From sequence record SRR31156797_707: 64,000 bases of DNA, one strand, 5' to 3'. Position numbers and translations under genes: made by a program. Under the pieces are notes generated by a model. The model was not told where the DNA came from, did no database searches, and worked only from the letters and a program-made list of their open reading frames with translations. Of this stretch, positions 8,977 to 19,043 are shown piece by piece; position 1 is the stretch's first letter; every line of letters starts with the position of its first letter.

Positions 8977-10038
8977 ATGAAAAAATTATTAGTTATCGCG
9001 GTTCTTCTCAGCAGTATCCTTGTGTCTTTTGCATTTGCAGAAGAGCAGAAGGCTCCTGCTAGACCACCATCGAATGTTGTAACAGGTAAAACTGTTGACG
9101 GCACACTCTCCCCTACTACATCTTTTGTGGGCACAGTGAAGTTTTCAGATATTTCAAATGTAGCGGCTGAATCTTCTGGTAAGATTGTCAGAGTTAACTT
9201 TGAAACTGGTGACGTTGTGTCAAAAGGGAGTGTTCTGGCTGTTATCGACAGTGAGCTCCTCAAGAAATCTATCGCAGAGGCGGAAGCAAGCCTCCAGCAG
9301 ATCGAAGCTAACCTTCAGCTTGCTGAGAACGATTTCAAAAGGACTGAAAGACTTTACAAAGGCAATGCGACCTCCGAGCAGAATTTTGATAACAAAAAAT
9401 ATGCTGCTATAGCTCTTGAAAAGCAGAAGGCCGCTCAGTATGCCGCTATAGCAAACCTTAAAGCTCAGCTCTCTAAGAAATTAATCTACTCCCCTTATGA
9501 CGGTATGATAGTTTCCAAAGATATCTCACTCGGTGAGTGGGTTAGCGCCGGGACTCCTGCCGGTCAGATAGCTAAAGTAGGCGAGATGGACATTATTGTC
9601 AACATCCCTGAAAGGCTTCTCACCTATATGAAGAAAGGTGTAACAGCTAATGTTAACACTGCGGCTGGCTCTAAAACTGCACTCTTTCATTCTATCGTTC
9701 CATCTGGTGATGTCACAAACAGAACTTTCCCTGTAAAACTTCGCACAAAAGACTCTAAAAGTCTTCTCGAAGGTATGGAAGCAAAGGTTGACCTCCCGTC
9801 AGCGGAACCTACAGGTGTCATATTCATCGACAGGGATGCCATTGTGAAAGCTCAGGGTAATGTTATTGTCTATACTGTTGTGAACAATCAGGCAAAGCCT
9901 ATCCCTGTTAGAATCATAGGTTACAAAGGAAATCTCGCTGGTGTTACATCTGACCACCTGAAAGCGGGTATGCCAGTTGTAATCAAAGGGAATGAAAGGC
10001 TGAGACCTGATCAGCCAGTAAACGTCATCGGCGGTTAA
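8977..10038 (+). CDS. RND efflux periplasmic adaptor (membrane fusion protein)
   Basis: Signal peptide, lipoyl-like halves (SGKIVRVNFETGDVV; IYSPYDGMI) flanking a coiled-coil hairpin. Confidence 0.93.
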   Translation: MKKLLVIAVLLSSILVSFAFAEEQKAPARPPSNVVTGKTVDGTLSPTTSFVGTVKFSDISNVAAESSGKIVRVNFETGDVVSKGSVLAVIDSELLKKSIAEAEASLQQIEANLQLAENDFKRTERLYKGNATSEQNFDNKKYAAIALEKQKAAQYAAIANLKAQLSKKLIYSPYDGMIVSKDISLGEWVSAGTPAGQIAKVGEMDIIVNIPERLLTYMKKGVTANVNTAAGSKTALFHSIVPSGDVTNRTFPVKLRTKDSKSLLEGMEAKVDLPSAEPTGVIFIDRDAIVKAQGNVIVYTVVNNQAKPIPVRIIGYKGNLAGVTSDHLKAGMPVVIKGNERLRPDQPVNVIGG

Positions 10039-10039
10039 T

Positions 10040-13000
10040 ATGGACTTTATAAAATTTTCGATTGTTAAGCCGGTAACGACAATTGTTATTGTTATCCTGA
10101 TACTTCTTTTCGGATTTATCAGTATATCAAACCTGTCGTATCAGCTTACTCCAAATGTTAGTAAACCTCAGATAACTGTTACCACCATCTGGCCTTCTGC
10201 ATCGCCTTATGATATCGAAAGCGAGGTCATAGACGAGCAGGAAGATGTTCTTAAAGGTGTGAGCGGTCTTAGAGAAATTGAATCAAACGCATATAACTCT
10301 ATGGGTGAGATATCACTTGAGTTTGAGCTTGGCACAGAGATAAATGACGCAATGCTCCTTGTTTCAAATAAACTGGACGAGGTTTCATCCTATCCTGATA
10401 ATGTTGAAAAGCCTATTATCAGTGCATCCGGTGCTTCGTCATCGCCTGTTATATGGATGATTATCAAAACCCTCGAGGGTAATGAGAGATCAGCCGTTGA
10501 GTATATGACCTTCTTTGAAAATGATGTAAGGCAATATATTGAAAGGATAAAAGGTGTTTCTGACCTGCTTGTTTTCGGCGGTGTACCAGAAGAGATGCAC
10601 GTACTCGTTGACACTGAAAAGATGGCAGCGTACGGGCTTACTTATGATGACATACTCGACACTATCGGTGCAGAAAACGTAAATACATCTGCGGGTGTCA
10701 TGGGTGTTGGGCGTAAGAATTACCGTATCAGAACCACAGGTGAGTTTACCAGCCCGAAACAGCTGGAAGACCTTGTGATCCGCTCTGACGGACAGCTTAG
10801 AATACTTATATCCGATATCGCCCAGGTTAAAAAAACCTTCAAAAAAGCTGAAGACATTATGCTTCATAACGCTAAAAGAGGTATTGTTGTGGGTATTAAG
10901 CCTGAGTCAACAGCTAATATCCTCGCAATGACTGATGCCGCTGAGAAAGTTATCAACGAGCTCAATGACACAGTTATGAAAGATAACGGTATAACTTTTG
11001 ACTGGGTTTATGACCAGAGACCATATATTCAAGGCTCTATCGACCTTGTAAAAAAGAATATTCTTATCGGTGCCGGACTCGCTGTTTTGGTACTTCTCCT
11101 TTACCTGAGAAGCTTCACTTCCACAGTCGTAGTCGGAACTGCTATCCCAATCAGTATCATTGGTACTTTCATCTTTCTGAACATAATGGGCAGATCGCTG
11201 AACGTTATCAGTCTTGCAGGTATCTCTTTTGCGGTAGGTATGCTTGTGGACAACGCTATTGTTGTTCTTGAGAATATCGACAGACACAGAAACTTAGGTA
11301 AGAAAGCTTTCGAAGCCGCCTATGACGGCGCTAAGGAAGTTTGGGGTGCTGTTGTAGCGTCTACATCGACGACAGTAGCTGTTTTCCTACCTATCGTTTT
11401 TATGCAGGAGGAGGCAGGGCAGCTTTTCAAAGATATCGCTATTGCTATTACAGCGGCGGTTCTTATCAGTCTTTTTGTGTCGGTATCAGTTATCCCGGCA
11501 TTTACATATCAGCTCCTCAAACGTAAAGAGGGGAAAGAGAGCAAACCGAGATCATTATGCTGCATAGATGACGCAGGTAAATTTCTGGCTAACGGTATGA
11601 TGAAGCTTGTAAATATTTGTACTAAAAATGTTATGACAAGGATTATCACAATCGTTCTCCTTGTGGGGCTATCGCTTAGCATGGCTTACGCCCTCTTCCC
11701 ACCTAGAGAGTACCTTCCGCAGGGTAACAGAAACCTGCTTCTGAGTATCTTCATTCCGCCTCCGGGGCTTTCATATGAAGAGCGCTCAGATATAGGTAAT
11801 AACCTCTTCAAATCTATGGAACCTTACGCTAAGGAATCAGTCAACGGACTACCTAAGGTTACTGATATGTTCTATGTAGGTGCAGAGCGTATGATGATAG
11901 CAGGTTCTATCAGCTCTGAGGAACAGCGTGCGAAAGAGCTTCTTCCGCTCCTGAATGGTCAGGTTAACTCTATACCGGGTATATTCGGTGTAACTATTCA
12001 GGCTGGTGTTTTCGAAAGCGGAATCGGTGAAGGTCGTTCAATAGATGTAAACGTTTCAGGTGCTGACATGAACCAGATAGCTGGTGCGTCAGGCATGATG
12101 TACGGCATGATCTCTCAGATGATTCCAGGTTCTCAGGTGCGCCCTATTCCTTCGCTTGAGATAACCTATCCTGAAGTTAATTTTATTCCGGACAGAGACA
12201 GACTTAAATCTGTCGGGATGAACACAACATCACTCGGTAAATCGATCGACATCATCATGGACGGTAGAAAAGCGAGTGAATATAAAGAGCCAGGCAGTAA
12301 GAAGATAGACCTTTTGGTTAAGAATATCGACTCGGATAAGCTCACACCGGAAAAGATAGGGGACAGCCTTATATCTCTGCCTTCAGGTGAGATACTCCCG
12401 CTTAGCTCTCTTGCAAAAATGGAAAACAGCAGTGGTATCCAACAGGTTCGTCACTACGAGATGGATAGAACCATCACACTTCAGGTGACACCTCCTGCTG
12501 AGACTCCTATAGAAACTGCTATGCAGATTATCAACGAAAAAGTTAAGCCGGCAGTGAAAGCCAACCCTGCATTCAGCAGCTTAAAAGTTGGTATGAGTGG
12601 TACAGCAGATAAGCTGACAGAGGCTATCGATGCACTCAAGTGGAACTTCCTTCTTGCGGCGGTAATCATTTACCTCCTGATGGCGGCTCTGTTTGGTAAC
12701 TTCATATATCCATTCGTAATCATACTTACCGTGCCTCTCGCTGCGGCTGGTGGTGTTCTCGGGCTTAAACTTGTTAATGTGTTTCTCATTCTTCAGCCGA
12801 TGGACATACTTACCATGCTCGGATTCATCATCCTTGTCGGTACGGTGGTTAACAACGCCATCCTTATTGTCCACCAATCGCTGAATAACATACGCGAACA
12901 CGGGATGAACCATAAAGAAGCTGTGATTGACTCTGTAAAAACGAGAATCAGACCTATCTATATGTCTGCGACAACATCCATCTTCGGTATGCTTCCGCTT

Positions 13001-13153
13001 GTACTCTCACCGGGTGCAGGTTCAGAGCTTTACCGTGGTTTAGGTGGTGTTATACTAGGCGGTCTCGCTCTCTCTACAGTGTTTACAGTTTTCCTGATCC
13101 CAACACTGCTTATGTTTGTGATAAAGTTTGAAAAATTAAAAGGAGAGGCTTAG
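10040..13153 (+). CDS. RND efflux permease (AcrB/AcrD/AcrF family)
   Basis: 1037 aa; GMLVDNAIVVLEN and RIRPIYM..TSIFGMLPL motifs. Confidence 0.96.
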   Translation: MDFIKFSIVKPVTTIVIVILILLFGFISISNLSYQLTPNVSKPQITVTTIWPSASPYDIESEVIDEQEDVLKGVSGLREIESNAYNSMGEISLEFELGTEINDAMLLVSNKLDEVSSYPDNVEKPIISASGASSSPVIWMIIKTLEGNERSAVEYMTFFENDVRQYIERIKGVSDLLVFGGVPEEMHVLVDTEKMAAYGLTYDDILDTIGAENVNTSAGVMGVGRKNYRIRTTGEFTSPKQLEDLVIRSDGQLRILISDIAQVKKTFKKAEDIMLHNAKRGIVVGIKPESTANILAMTDAAEKVINELNDTVMKDNGITFDWVYDQRPYIQGSIDLVKKNILIGAGLAVLVLLLYLRSFTSTVVVGTAIPISIIGTFIFLNIMGRSLNVISLAGISFAVGMLVDNAIVVLENIDRHRNLGKKAFEAAYDGAKEVWGAVVASTSTTVAVFLPIVFMQEEAGQLFKDIAIAITAAVLISLFVSVSVIPAFTYQLLKRKEGKESKPRSLCCIDDAGKFLANGMMKLVNICTKNVMTRIITIVLLVGLSLSMAYALFPPREYLPQGNRNLLLSIFIPPPGLSYEERSDIGNNLFKSMEPYAKESVNGLPKVTDMFYVGAERMMIAGSISSEEQRAKELLPLLNGQVNSIPGIFGVTIQAGVFESGIGEGRSIDVNVSGADMNQIAGASGMMYGMISQMIPGSQVRPIPSLEITYPEVNFIPDRDRLKSVGMNTTSLGKSIDIIMDGRKASEYKEPGSKKIDLLVKNIDSDKLTPEKIGDSLISLPSGEILPLSSLAKMENSSGIQQVRHYEMDRTITLQVTPPAETPIETAMQIINEKVKPAVKANPAFSSLKVGMSGTADKLTEAIDALKWNFLLAAVIIYLLMAALFGNFIYPFVIILTVPLAAAGGVLGLKLVNVFLILQPMDILTMLGFIILVGTVVNNAILIVHQSLNNIREHGMNHKEAVIDSVKTRIRPIYMSATTSIFGMLPLVLSPGAGSELYRGLGGVILGGLALSTVFTVFLIPTLLMFVIKFEKLKGEA

Positions 13154-14410
13154 ATGCATAGAATTTTAATAACTCTTTTAGCTGTTGTGGCTTTTGTACC
13201 GCAGACCTTTGCGCTCACTATGGATGAGGCTGTTCAGACAGCCCTTGAGAACAACTATGAGGTTCTGTACAACAAGCATCTGGAACTTTCCAGCAAATAT
13301 AACGCAGAGGTGGCTAAAACGCCTTACCTACCTCAGCTTGATGCTGGCTACACTTATGCTGACAGCTCTGAGAAGGCTTACGGCAATGTTGAAGATCAGT
13401 ATTCAAGATTTGACCTTACAATAGGTTATAACCTTTTCAACGGTTTCAGCGATAAGTATAAACTTGAAGCTGCTAAGCTCTCTTATCAGGCGCAGAAGTA
13501 TAACACCGGCGCTGTAAAGCAGGACATCGCCCTCTCAGTTAAGAAGGCATATATTAACGTACTTGCGGCACTCGACGGGGTTATCGTAGCGGAAAACGCA
13601 TATAAGCTCCTCGAAAATCAGCTTAAAGACATTAAGCTTTCTTATGAAGTGGGATATGTCGCTAAGAATGAAGTGCTTAAGGTTGAGGCGGAGCTTGCAT
13701 CATCAGTGCAATCTGTCCTTTCAGCTAAAAGCAGTGTAAAGCTTGCAGTCTTTTCACTTGAAAACCTTATGAGCAAACAGATAGCCGAAGGCGAAGAGTT
13801 CGCTCAGATAATTGATCACTCAGACGCTATAGGAGATTTTGAAGTTCTTAAAACTGATATGATGAAAAACAGAAGTGAGATTAAATACCTCAAATCTATG
13901 ATAGAAGCTCAGAACTTTAACATCAAGTCCACCAAAGGCGGCTACTACCCTAAGGTAAACCTCGGTGCTTCATACTACTCATATGGCGAGGATTTCTCTC
14001 CATCAAGCAGAGACTACACTTACGACAGTGAGACAGTTCTTTCGCTTCAGGTAGACATAAACATCTTTGATGGTTTTAATAAAATGAACACATCTAAAGC
14101 TCTCTCAGCAGAGAAGATGTCTATGATGCACAACCTCAGTAACGTTAAGGCGGGGATGACTCTTCAGCTTAAGAATGCTCTGGAGAACTTTGACCTTGCA
14201 AACGCAAGCCTGACAGCGGCAGAGAAAGAGCTGGCATCGGCGAAAGAGAACTATAGAATCACTCAGAACCAGTTCAAGCAGAAGGTCGCCACAAACACTG
14301 ACCTTATGGACGCCAGAGTGATGCTCACAAGAGCTGAAAACACTTATAACACTGCTAAGTTCAACATACACAGAGCTGTGGCAGATGTAACAAGAATAGT
14401 AGAAAAGTAA
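13154..14410 (+). CDS. TolC family outer membrane efflux protein
   Basis: Signal peptide, duplicated OEP repeats (YLPQLD, YYPKVN); last gene of the RND operon. Confidence 0.93.
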   Translation: MHRILITLLAVVAFVPQTFALTMDEAVQTALENNYEVLYNKHLELSSKYNAEVAKTPYLPQLDAGYTYADSSEKAYGNVEDQYSRFDLTIGYNLFNGFSDKYKLEAAKLSYQAQKYNTGAVKQDIALSVKKAYINVLAALDGVIVAENAYKLLENQLKDIKLSYEVGYVAKNEVLKVEAELASSVQSVLSAKSSVKLAVFSLENLMSKQIAEGEEFAQIIDHSDAIGDFEVLKTDMMKNRSEIKYLKSMIEAQNFNIKSTKGGYYPKVNLGASYYSYGEDFSPSSRDYTYDSETVLSLQVDINIFDGFNKMNTSKALSAEKMSMMHNLSNVKAGMTLQLKNALENFDLANASLTAAEKELASAKENYRITQNQFKQKVATNTDLMDARVMLTRAENTYNTAKFNIHRAVADVTRIVEK

Positions 14411-14425
14411 TTTCTATAAACCGAT

Positions 14426-14450
14426 AAGGGGGGCTTTTTTGCCCCCTTTT
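14426..14450 (+). terminator. Rho-independent terminator of the efflux operon
   Basis: AAGGGGGGC-TTTTTT-GCCCCCTTTT. Confidence 0.85.
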
Positions 14451-14857
14451 CTTAATCAACAATCTAAACTATGCGCTTTTATGATAGGCAGCACAATTTA
14501 CATTTCTGACATTATTTTTAGTTGAGGGCTTAAATGTCAGTCAGCTAATAAAAATCATTATTAATAGACTAATTACAGTTCATAAATTTGTCATGAATCA
14601 TTCAAAAAAAAATAAGAAACCACACTTAAATATATACTTAGCGTTGATATAAATATGGTAATTAAAAAATAATTGGCTAAAAAAAATAATAATATTAAAT
14701 CTTATACCCAATAGATAACAATATATTGACAAAATAAAATAATATTCTTAACCATTTGAGCATAGATTAGGTATGGAAGCGGTGAGTAAAAAAGAAGGAG
14801 TTTGAGAGAGAGGTGTCTAAGAGTTAACTAACTATAATGAGAGTATAGGAGGCAACT

Positions 14858-15661
14858 ATGTCACTCATGAACAGGCTAACTAATAAGAATTCACCGATTT
14901 TAGGAGAAGAAAAGAAAAAAACTACCAAGCCAGGCAAAGCTAAAAGGATACTACTAAGTGTTTTAGCGGCTCTATCATCAGGGCTTACATCAAAAAGTTT
15001 CAATATTTTCAGAATTGGAAAAGTCACAGACTCTATTTCGATTAAAATCCCAGAAAGAACACCCCTAATGATACTTATACCGCTAATTACAATTTGTTTT
15101 GTCGTTCTTATTGTGACACTCTTAATATCTCTTAAAGTCATTACAGAGAGTCACAGTGTTAATACGGAATATCTTGTTACTAAGAATACTCAGAATACAC
15201 TCTATGAAATTTTGAGTGAGGAAAAAGGGAGAGTAGCATTTGTTATTAATAACTCGTCCCAACTAATTCCAAAACTCAACTCAGCAGTAGAGTTAGTCTC
15301 GAACTATTCGTGCGAAACTGGTATTGTTAAATTAATATCAGCTGATCAAAAATCATTCCTAACACTGAACATATCATATAAATCAACTAATGAGTCTGAC
15401 TATCTAGGTGAAAAGCGCAATGCACTGTTAATAAGCAACCTTTCAGTAGGAATTGCACTATCAGGTAAAAAAGCAAAAACCTATGGATATCTTGATGGTA
15501 TTACAGTTCAATGTATTAAACCAAAAGAAAAGTTTGCTTTGGTCAAAATGCTAGAATCAAAGCCCTTCTCTCCTGATTATCTGCCTGACTTCTTCAGGAT
15601 AAACCGCCCTGTTGACAGCCTCTTCTTCCGTGATGATCCCTTTTTTCAGACATTCGATTAG
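14858..15661 (+). CDS. Hypothetical AT-rich single-pass membrane protein
   Basis: Strong SD (GGAGG); basic N-terminus and one hydrophobic helix (LMILIPLITICFVVLIVTLLISL); 3' end overlaps pilT by 105 nt. Confidence 0.6.
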   Translation: MSLMNRLTNKNSPILGEEKKKTTKPGKAKRILLSVLAALSSGLTSKSFNIFRIGKVTDSISIKIPERTPLMILIPLITICFVVLIVTLLISLKVITESHSVNTEYLVTKNTQNTLYEILSEEKGRVAFVINNSSQLIPKLNSAVELVSNYSCETGIVKLISADQKSFLTLNISYKSTNESDYLGEKRNALLISNLSVGIALSGKKAKTYGYLDGITVQCIKPKEKFALVKMLESKPFSPDYLPDFFRINRPVDSLFFRDDPFFQTFD

Positions 15662-16627
15662 AGACTGGCTCATGGTCTGCATGCCGTGTTCGCCCTGTCC
15701 TGTCTGCATAGAACCGTAAACCTGGTGAAGCTTGTCTTCACGAATCAGGTTGCGGATTGCCGACGTAGGAATGAGCACCTCGCAAACCATCACACGCCCT
15801 TTACCATCTGCGGTTTGGACAAGCTGCTGTGAGACCACACCTTCGAGTACAAAAGAGAGCTGTGCTCTTACCTGTGACTGCTGGTGAGGAGGGAAAACGT
15901 CTATTATTCTGTTTATAGTCTGAACAGCACTATTAGTATGAAGAGTTCCCATACAGAAGTGCCCTGTCTCAGCTATTGTTAAAGCCGCCTCAATAGTCTC
16001 CGTGTCACGCATCTCACCGATAAGACATACATCAGGATCCTGACGTAAAAGATACTTTAGTGCGAGTTTAAACGACTTTGTGTCCGCATTTAGCTCACGC
16101 TGGTTAACCGTTGCCTTCTTGTGGTGATGAACGAATTCTATAGGGTCTTCTATGGTCATTATATGTACTGGATCTTCTGCATTAATCTTATCTATCATTG
16201 CGGCTAGTGTCGAAGACTTACCACTCCCCGTTGGTCCTGTCACAAGAACAAGTCCCCTCGGGCGTTTGCAAAGCTCCTGAACAACTGGAGGTACATTAAG
16301 CTTATCGAAACCTCTTATCTCATAAGGAATTACACGGAAAGCAGCCGCAACAGCTCCCCTCTGCATAAAGACATTTACCCTGAAACGGCTCACGTTCTTT
16401 ATACCAAATGAGAGATCAAGCTCCCACTCCTCTTCAAAGCGTTTCTTCTGCGACTCATTGAGAATGCTGTAGCAGAGCGCTCTTGTGTCCGTTCCAGTGA
16501 GCTCAGCGCCCTCCATGCGAACAAGATCGCCATTTATTCTGAGAACCGGAGGAGTGCCAGCAGTGATGTGCATGTCACTAGCCCCCTTCTCAACCATTTT
16601 TATCAGAAGTTCCTGTAAACTAAGCAT
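15557..16627 (-). CDS. pilT: Type IV pilus retraction ATPase PilT
   Basis: GPTGSGKS, TIEDPIE, LRQDPD, TLHTNSA and AIRNLIRE motifs. Confidence 0.97.
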   Translation of the reverse strand: MLSLQELLIKMVEKGASDMHITAGTPPVLRINGDLVRMEGAELTGTDTRALCYSILNESQKKRFEEEWELDLSFGIKNVSRFRVNVFMQRGAVAAAFRVIPYEIRGFDKLNVPPVVQELCKRPRGLVLVTGPTGSGKSSTLAAMIDKINAEDPVHIMTIEDPIEFVHHHKKATVNQRELNADTKSFKLALKYLLRQDPDVCLIGEMRDTETIEAALTIAETGHFCMGTLHTNSAVQTINRIIDVFPPHQQSQVRAQLSFVLEGVVSQQLVQTADGKGRVMVCEVLIPTSAIRNLIREDKLHQVYGSMQTGQGEHGMQTMSQSLIECLKKGIITEEEAVNRAVYPEEVRQIIRREGL

Positions 16628-16639
16628 AACTTAAACCCC

Positions 16640-17434
16640 TTAGACAAGCCCTAAATCACCAGCTATATCTTCTACTGAAAACTCGGGATAAACACCTGTC
16701 CATATCTCAAAAGCCTTCGCAGCCTGATAAACAAGCATAGGAAAACCGTCGAGCTTACCGCACCCAGTCATAGCTTTCAGAAACGGTGTAAGTTCCTTTT
16801 TATACTGGAGGTCAACAGCAGCGTTACTGCATGAAACCCTTCCCATATCAGGGAATTTACCATCCTCAAGCCCTATGGATGTTCCGTTGATGACATAGTG
16901 AAATTCACTGTCACCCTTTATAAAATTATAATCCTGCAAATCCGCATTGTCAAAGCTCATGCTCTTAAGCACCTTTTCAGCTTTGTCCAGAGAGCGGTTT
17001 ACAACTGTAAGATTAACATCGTATTTCTTTAATATGTGAAGCACAGCCATGGATGCACCGCCACAACCGAGAAGTAAAACATCCTTGCCAGCCAGATCGT
17101 AATCAGCGTCAACGAGCATCTTTTCAAAACCGTATGCATCGGTGTTAAACCCTTCGAGCTTATCACCTATTCGAACGCAATTAACAGCACCGATAGCTTT
17201 AGCCGCCTCATCAAGAGAGTCTACATAATTGTAAACTGTCTGCTTATGCGGCACAGTGACGCTAACGCCTTTAAAGCTGTATTTTTTGAGAGTTTTAAAT
17301 GTATCCGGTACATCTTCAGTTTCGAAACAGCAGAAACCGCCGTTAAGTTTTGAATTTTTGAGAAATCTAGTGTGTATGAATGGGGACAAGCTGTGTTTGA
17401 GAGGCTGTCCTATCAGCCCTAAATTGGTGTACAA
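16640..17434 (-). CDS. aroE: Shikimate dehydrogenase
   Basis: HSLSP, VTVPHK, GAVN, NTD, GCGGA and MLVYQA motifs. Confidence 0.95.
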   Translation of the reverse strand: MYTNLGLIGQPLKHSLSPFIHTRFLKNSKLNGGFCCFETEDVPDTFKTLKKYSFKGVSVTVPHKQTVYNYVDSLDEAAKAIGAVNCVRIGDKLEGFNTDAYGFEKMLVDADYDLAGKDVLLLGCGGASMAVLHILKKYDVNLTVVNRSLDKAEKVLKSMSFDNADLQDYNFIKGDSEFHYVINGTSIGLEDGKFPDMGRVSCSNAAVDLQYKKELTPFLKAMTGCGKLDGFPMLVYQAAKAFEIWTGVYPEFSVEDIAGDLGLV

Positions 17435-17449
17435 GACTAACCTCCGTTA

Positions 17450-18118
17450 CTACTTTCCGTTATTTCTGCCTTCCGGCAAACCGTTTTTCGAATTCTTATC
17501 AAATGGTTCCACAAGCCCTGCGGATATGATGAACTTGATTCCGTCCTCAATAGGTATGTTCGGATCGATCACCTGATTTTTAGGAACTACAAGGATGAAG
17601 CCGGATGTAGGGTTTGGTGTGGTAGGGATAAATATGTTAACGCAAACCTCGCCAGTCGCTTCGTTAAGAAACTCAGATGAGTCCTTGGTTATAAAGCCGA
17701 AGCTATACAAACCTTTGCGTGGATATTCTATCATAACAACCTGCTTAAAGCTTGAGCCGCTGGTTGTCTGGAGAGCCTCAACTATTTGACGTATAGAAGA
17801 GTAAACACTCCTTACAATAGGAATATTATCAGCGATAGATTCAATAAGTTTTAATATCTGTCTACCGATAAAGTTTTTAGCTAAAAGACCTATTGTTATA
17901 AGGAGGATTATTATAATCGTAAATGACACAACTTTTTCAACATAAAGAGGGACTACGATATTATACTTCGTAGTGAGCATAGCTAGATATGGCAGAAAGA
18001 AGCCTGAAAACTTCTTAAATACAAATGTTATAAACCAGTAAGTAACCGCAAGTGGAAGTGCCGCAAGCACACCAGCGATGAGTGCCCTCTGGAAAAATAA
18101 TCTAATTTTAGTGAGCAT
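17450..18118 (-). CDS. DUF502 family membrane protein
   Basis: IPIVRSVY, VMIEYPR and FIPTTPNPTSG motifs. Confidence 0.9.
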   Translation of the reverse strand: MLTKIRLFFQRALIAGVLAALPLAVTYWFITFVFKKFSGFFLPYLAMLTTKYNIVVPLYVEKVVSFTIIIILLITIGLLAKNFIGRQILKLIESIADNIPIVRSVYSSIRQIVEALQTTSGSSFKQVVMIEYPRKGLYSFGFITKDSSEFLNEATGEVCVNIFIPTTPNPTSGFILVVPKNQVIDPNIPIEDGIKFIISAGLVEPFDKNSKNGLPEGRNNGK

Positions 18119-18130
18119 TTATGCCCTCCG

Positions 18131-19042
18131 TTAGCTATGTTTGAACAACTGCCTTTCAAGGAGCCTGTCGTAGCTGCTCCACCCTTCGTCAATACCCTCT
18201 TTCTCAAAGACAGATGCAAACGTATTAAGTTTAGCATCAAGATCGTCAAGATGATGTAAAATAAATGCTTCCGGTGTTTTCGGCTTCTTAGGTGAACCGT
18301 ATTCAAGAAGACCATGATGGCTAAGTACCAGATGGTTAAGCAGGGTTTTAAGCTCTATAGGGAAACCATCAATATTAGCAATATAAGTATTCATTATCTC
18401 TACACCGAGGATGAGATGCCCGAGAAGCTTACCTCTGTCGGTATACTCAAGCCCTGTACCAGCCGCAAGCTCCTGAATCTTACCCATATCATGAAAGAGC
18501 ACACCTAAAAGCAGATGTTCTCTATTCACCTGATCAGAGTAATGGTCAGCAACCATAAGCGCAACTTTCGCTATGCTGAGAGTATGTTCCAGCAAACCAG
18601 AGAGGTATGCGTGGTGTACAGATTTAGCCGCCGGCATCTTTTTGAAAAGTGCCACAGCCTCATCGTCATTAAGGAAAGCATCTATAAGCTTGACGATGTA
18701 CTCGTCATTAACATTATCTATTAACAGTGCTGAAAATTCCTCAAAAAGTGCCTCAGCGTCAAGCCCTGCCTTTTTAGGGAGAAATTCAGCAGGATCAGCA
18801 TCAGTAAGGAGCTTCATTCCATTGATTTTAAGCTGTTCCTGACCAGCGTATGTTTGAACAACACCAATAGCCTCTACGATATTTCCGTTTTCAGGATCAA
18901 AGTCGAGTTTATCGCTTTCAAACATGATACCGTTGCGTCTGTTTCCATCTTTATCAAACATGATAGCACGTAAAAAGTCTTTACCATCTTTAGTTTTACT
19001 CTTTATAAGGTCTGTTAGCATATATTTTATTGGTATTTCCAA
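18131..19042 (-). CDS. yhaM: 3'-5' exoribonuclease YhaM/Cbf family (OB fold plus HD domain)
   Basis: PAAKSVHHAYLSGLLEH, LFHDMGK, SHHG..EYGSP and HHLDDLDAK motifs. Confidence 0.88.
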   Translation of the reverse strand: MEIPIKYMLTDLIKSKTKDGKDFLRAIMFDKDGNRRNGIMFESDKLDFDPENGNIVEAIGVVQTYAGQEQLKINGMKLLTDADPAEFLPKKAGLDAEALFEEFSALLIDNVNDEYIVKLIDAFLNDDEAVALFKKMPAAKSVHHAYLSGLLEHTLSIAKVALMVADHYSDQVNREHLLLGVLFHDMGKIQELAAGTGLEYTDRGKLLGHLILGVEIMNTYIANIDGFPIELKTLLNHLVLSHHGLLEYGSPKKPKTPEAFILHHLDDLDAKLNTFASVFEKEGIDEGWSSYDRLLERQLFKHS

Positions 19043-19043
19043 A

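Noticed and set aside
14773..14835. Purine-rich stretch with a mini-ORF (MEAVSKKEGV) upstream of the orphan gene
   Set aside because: Only 10 codons, with no attenuator structure or other support
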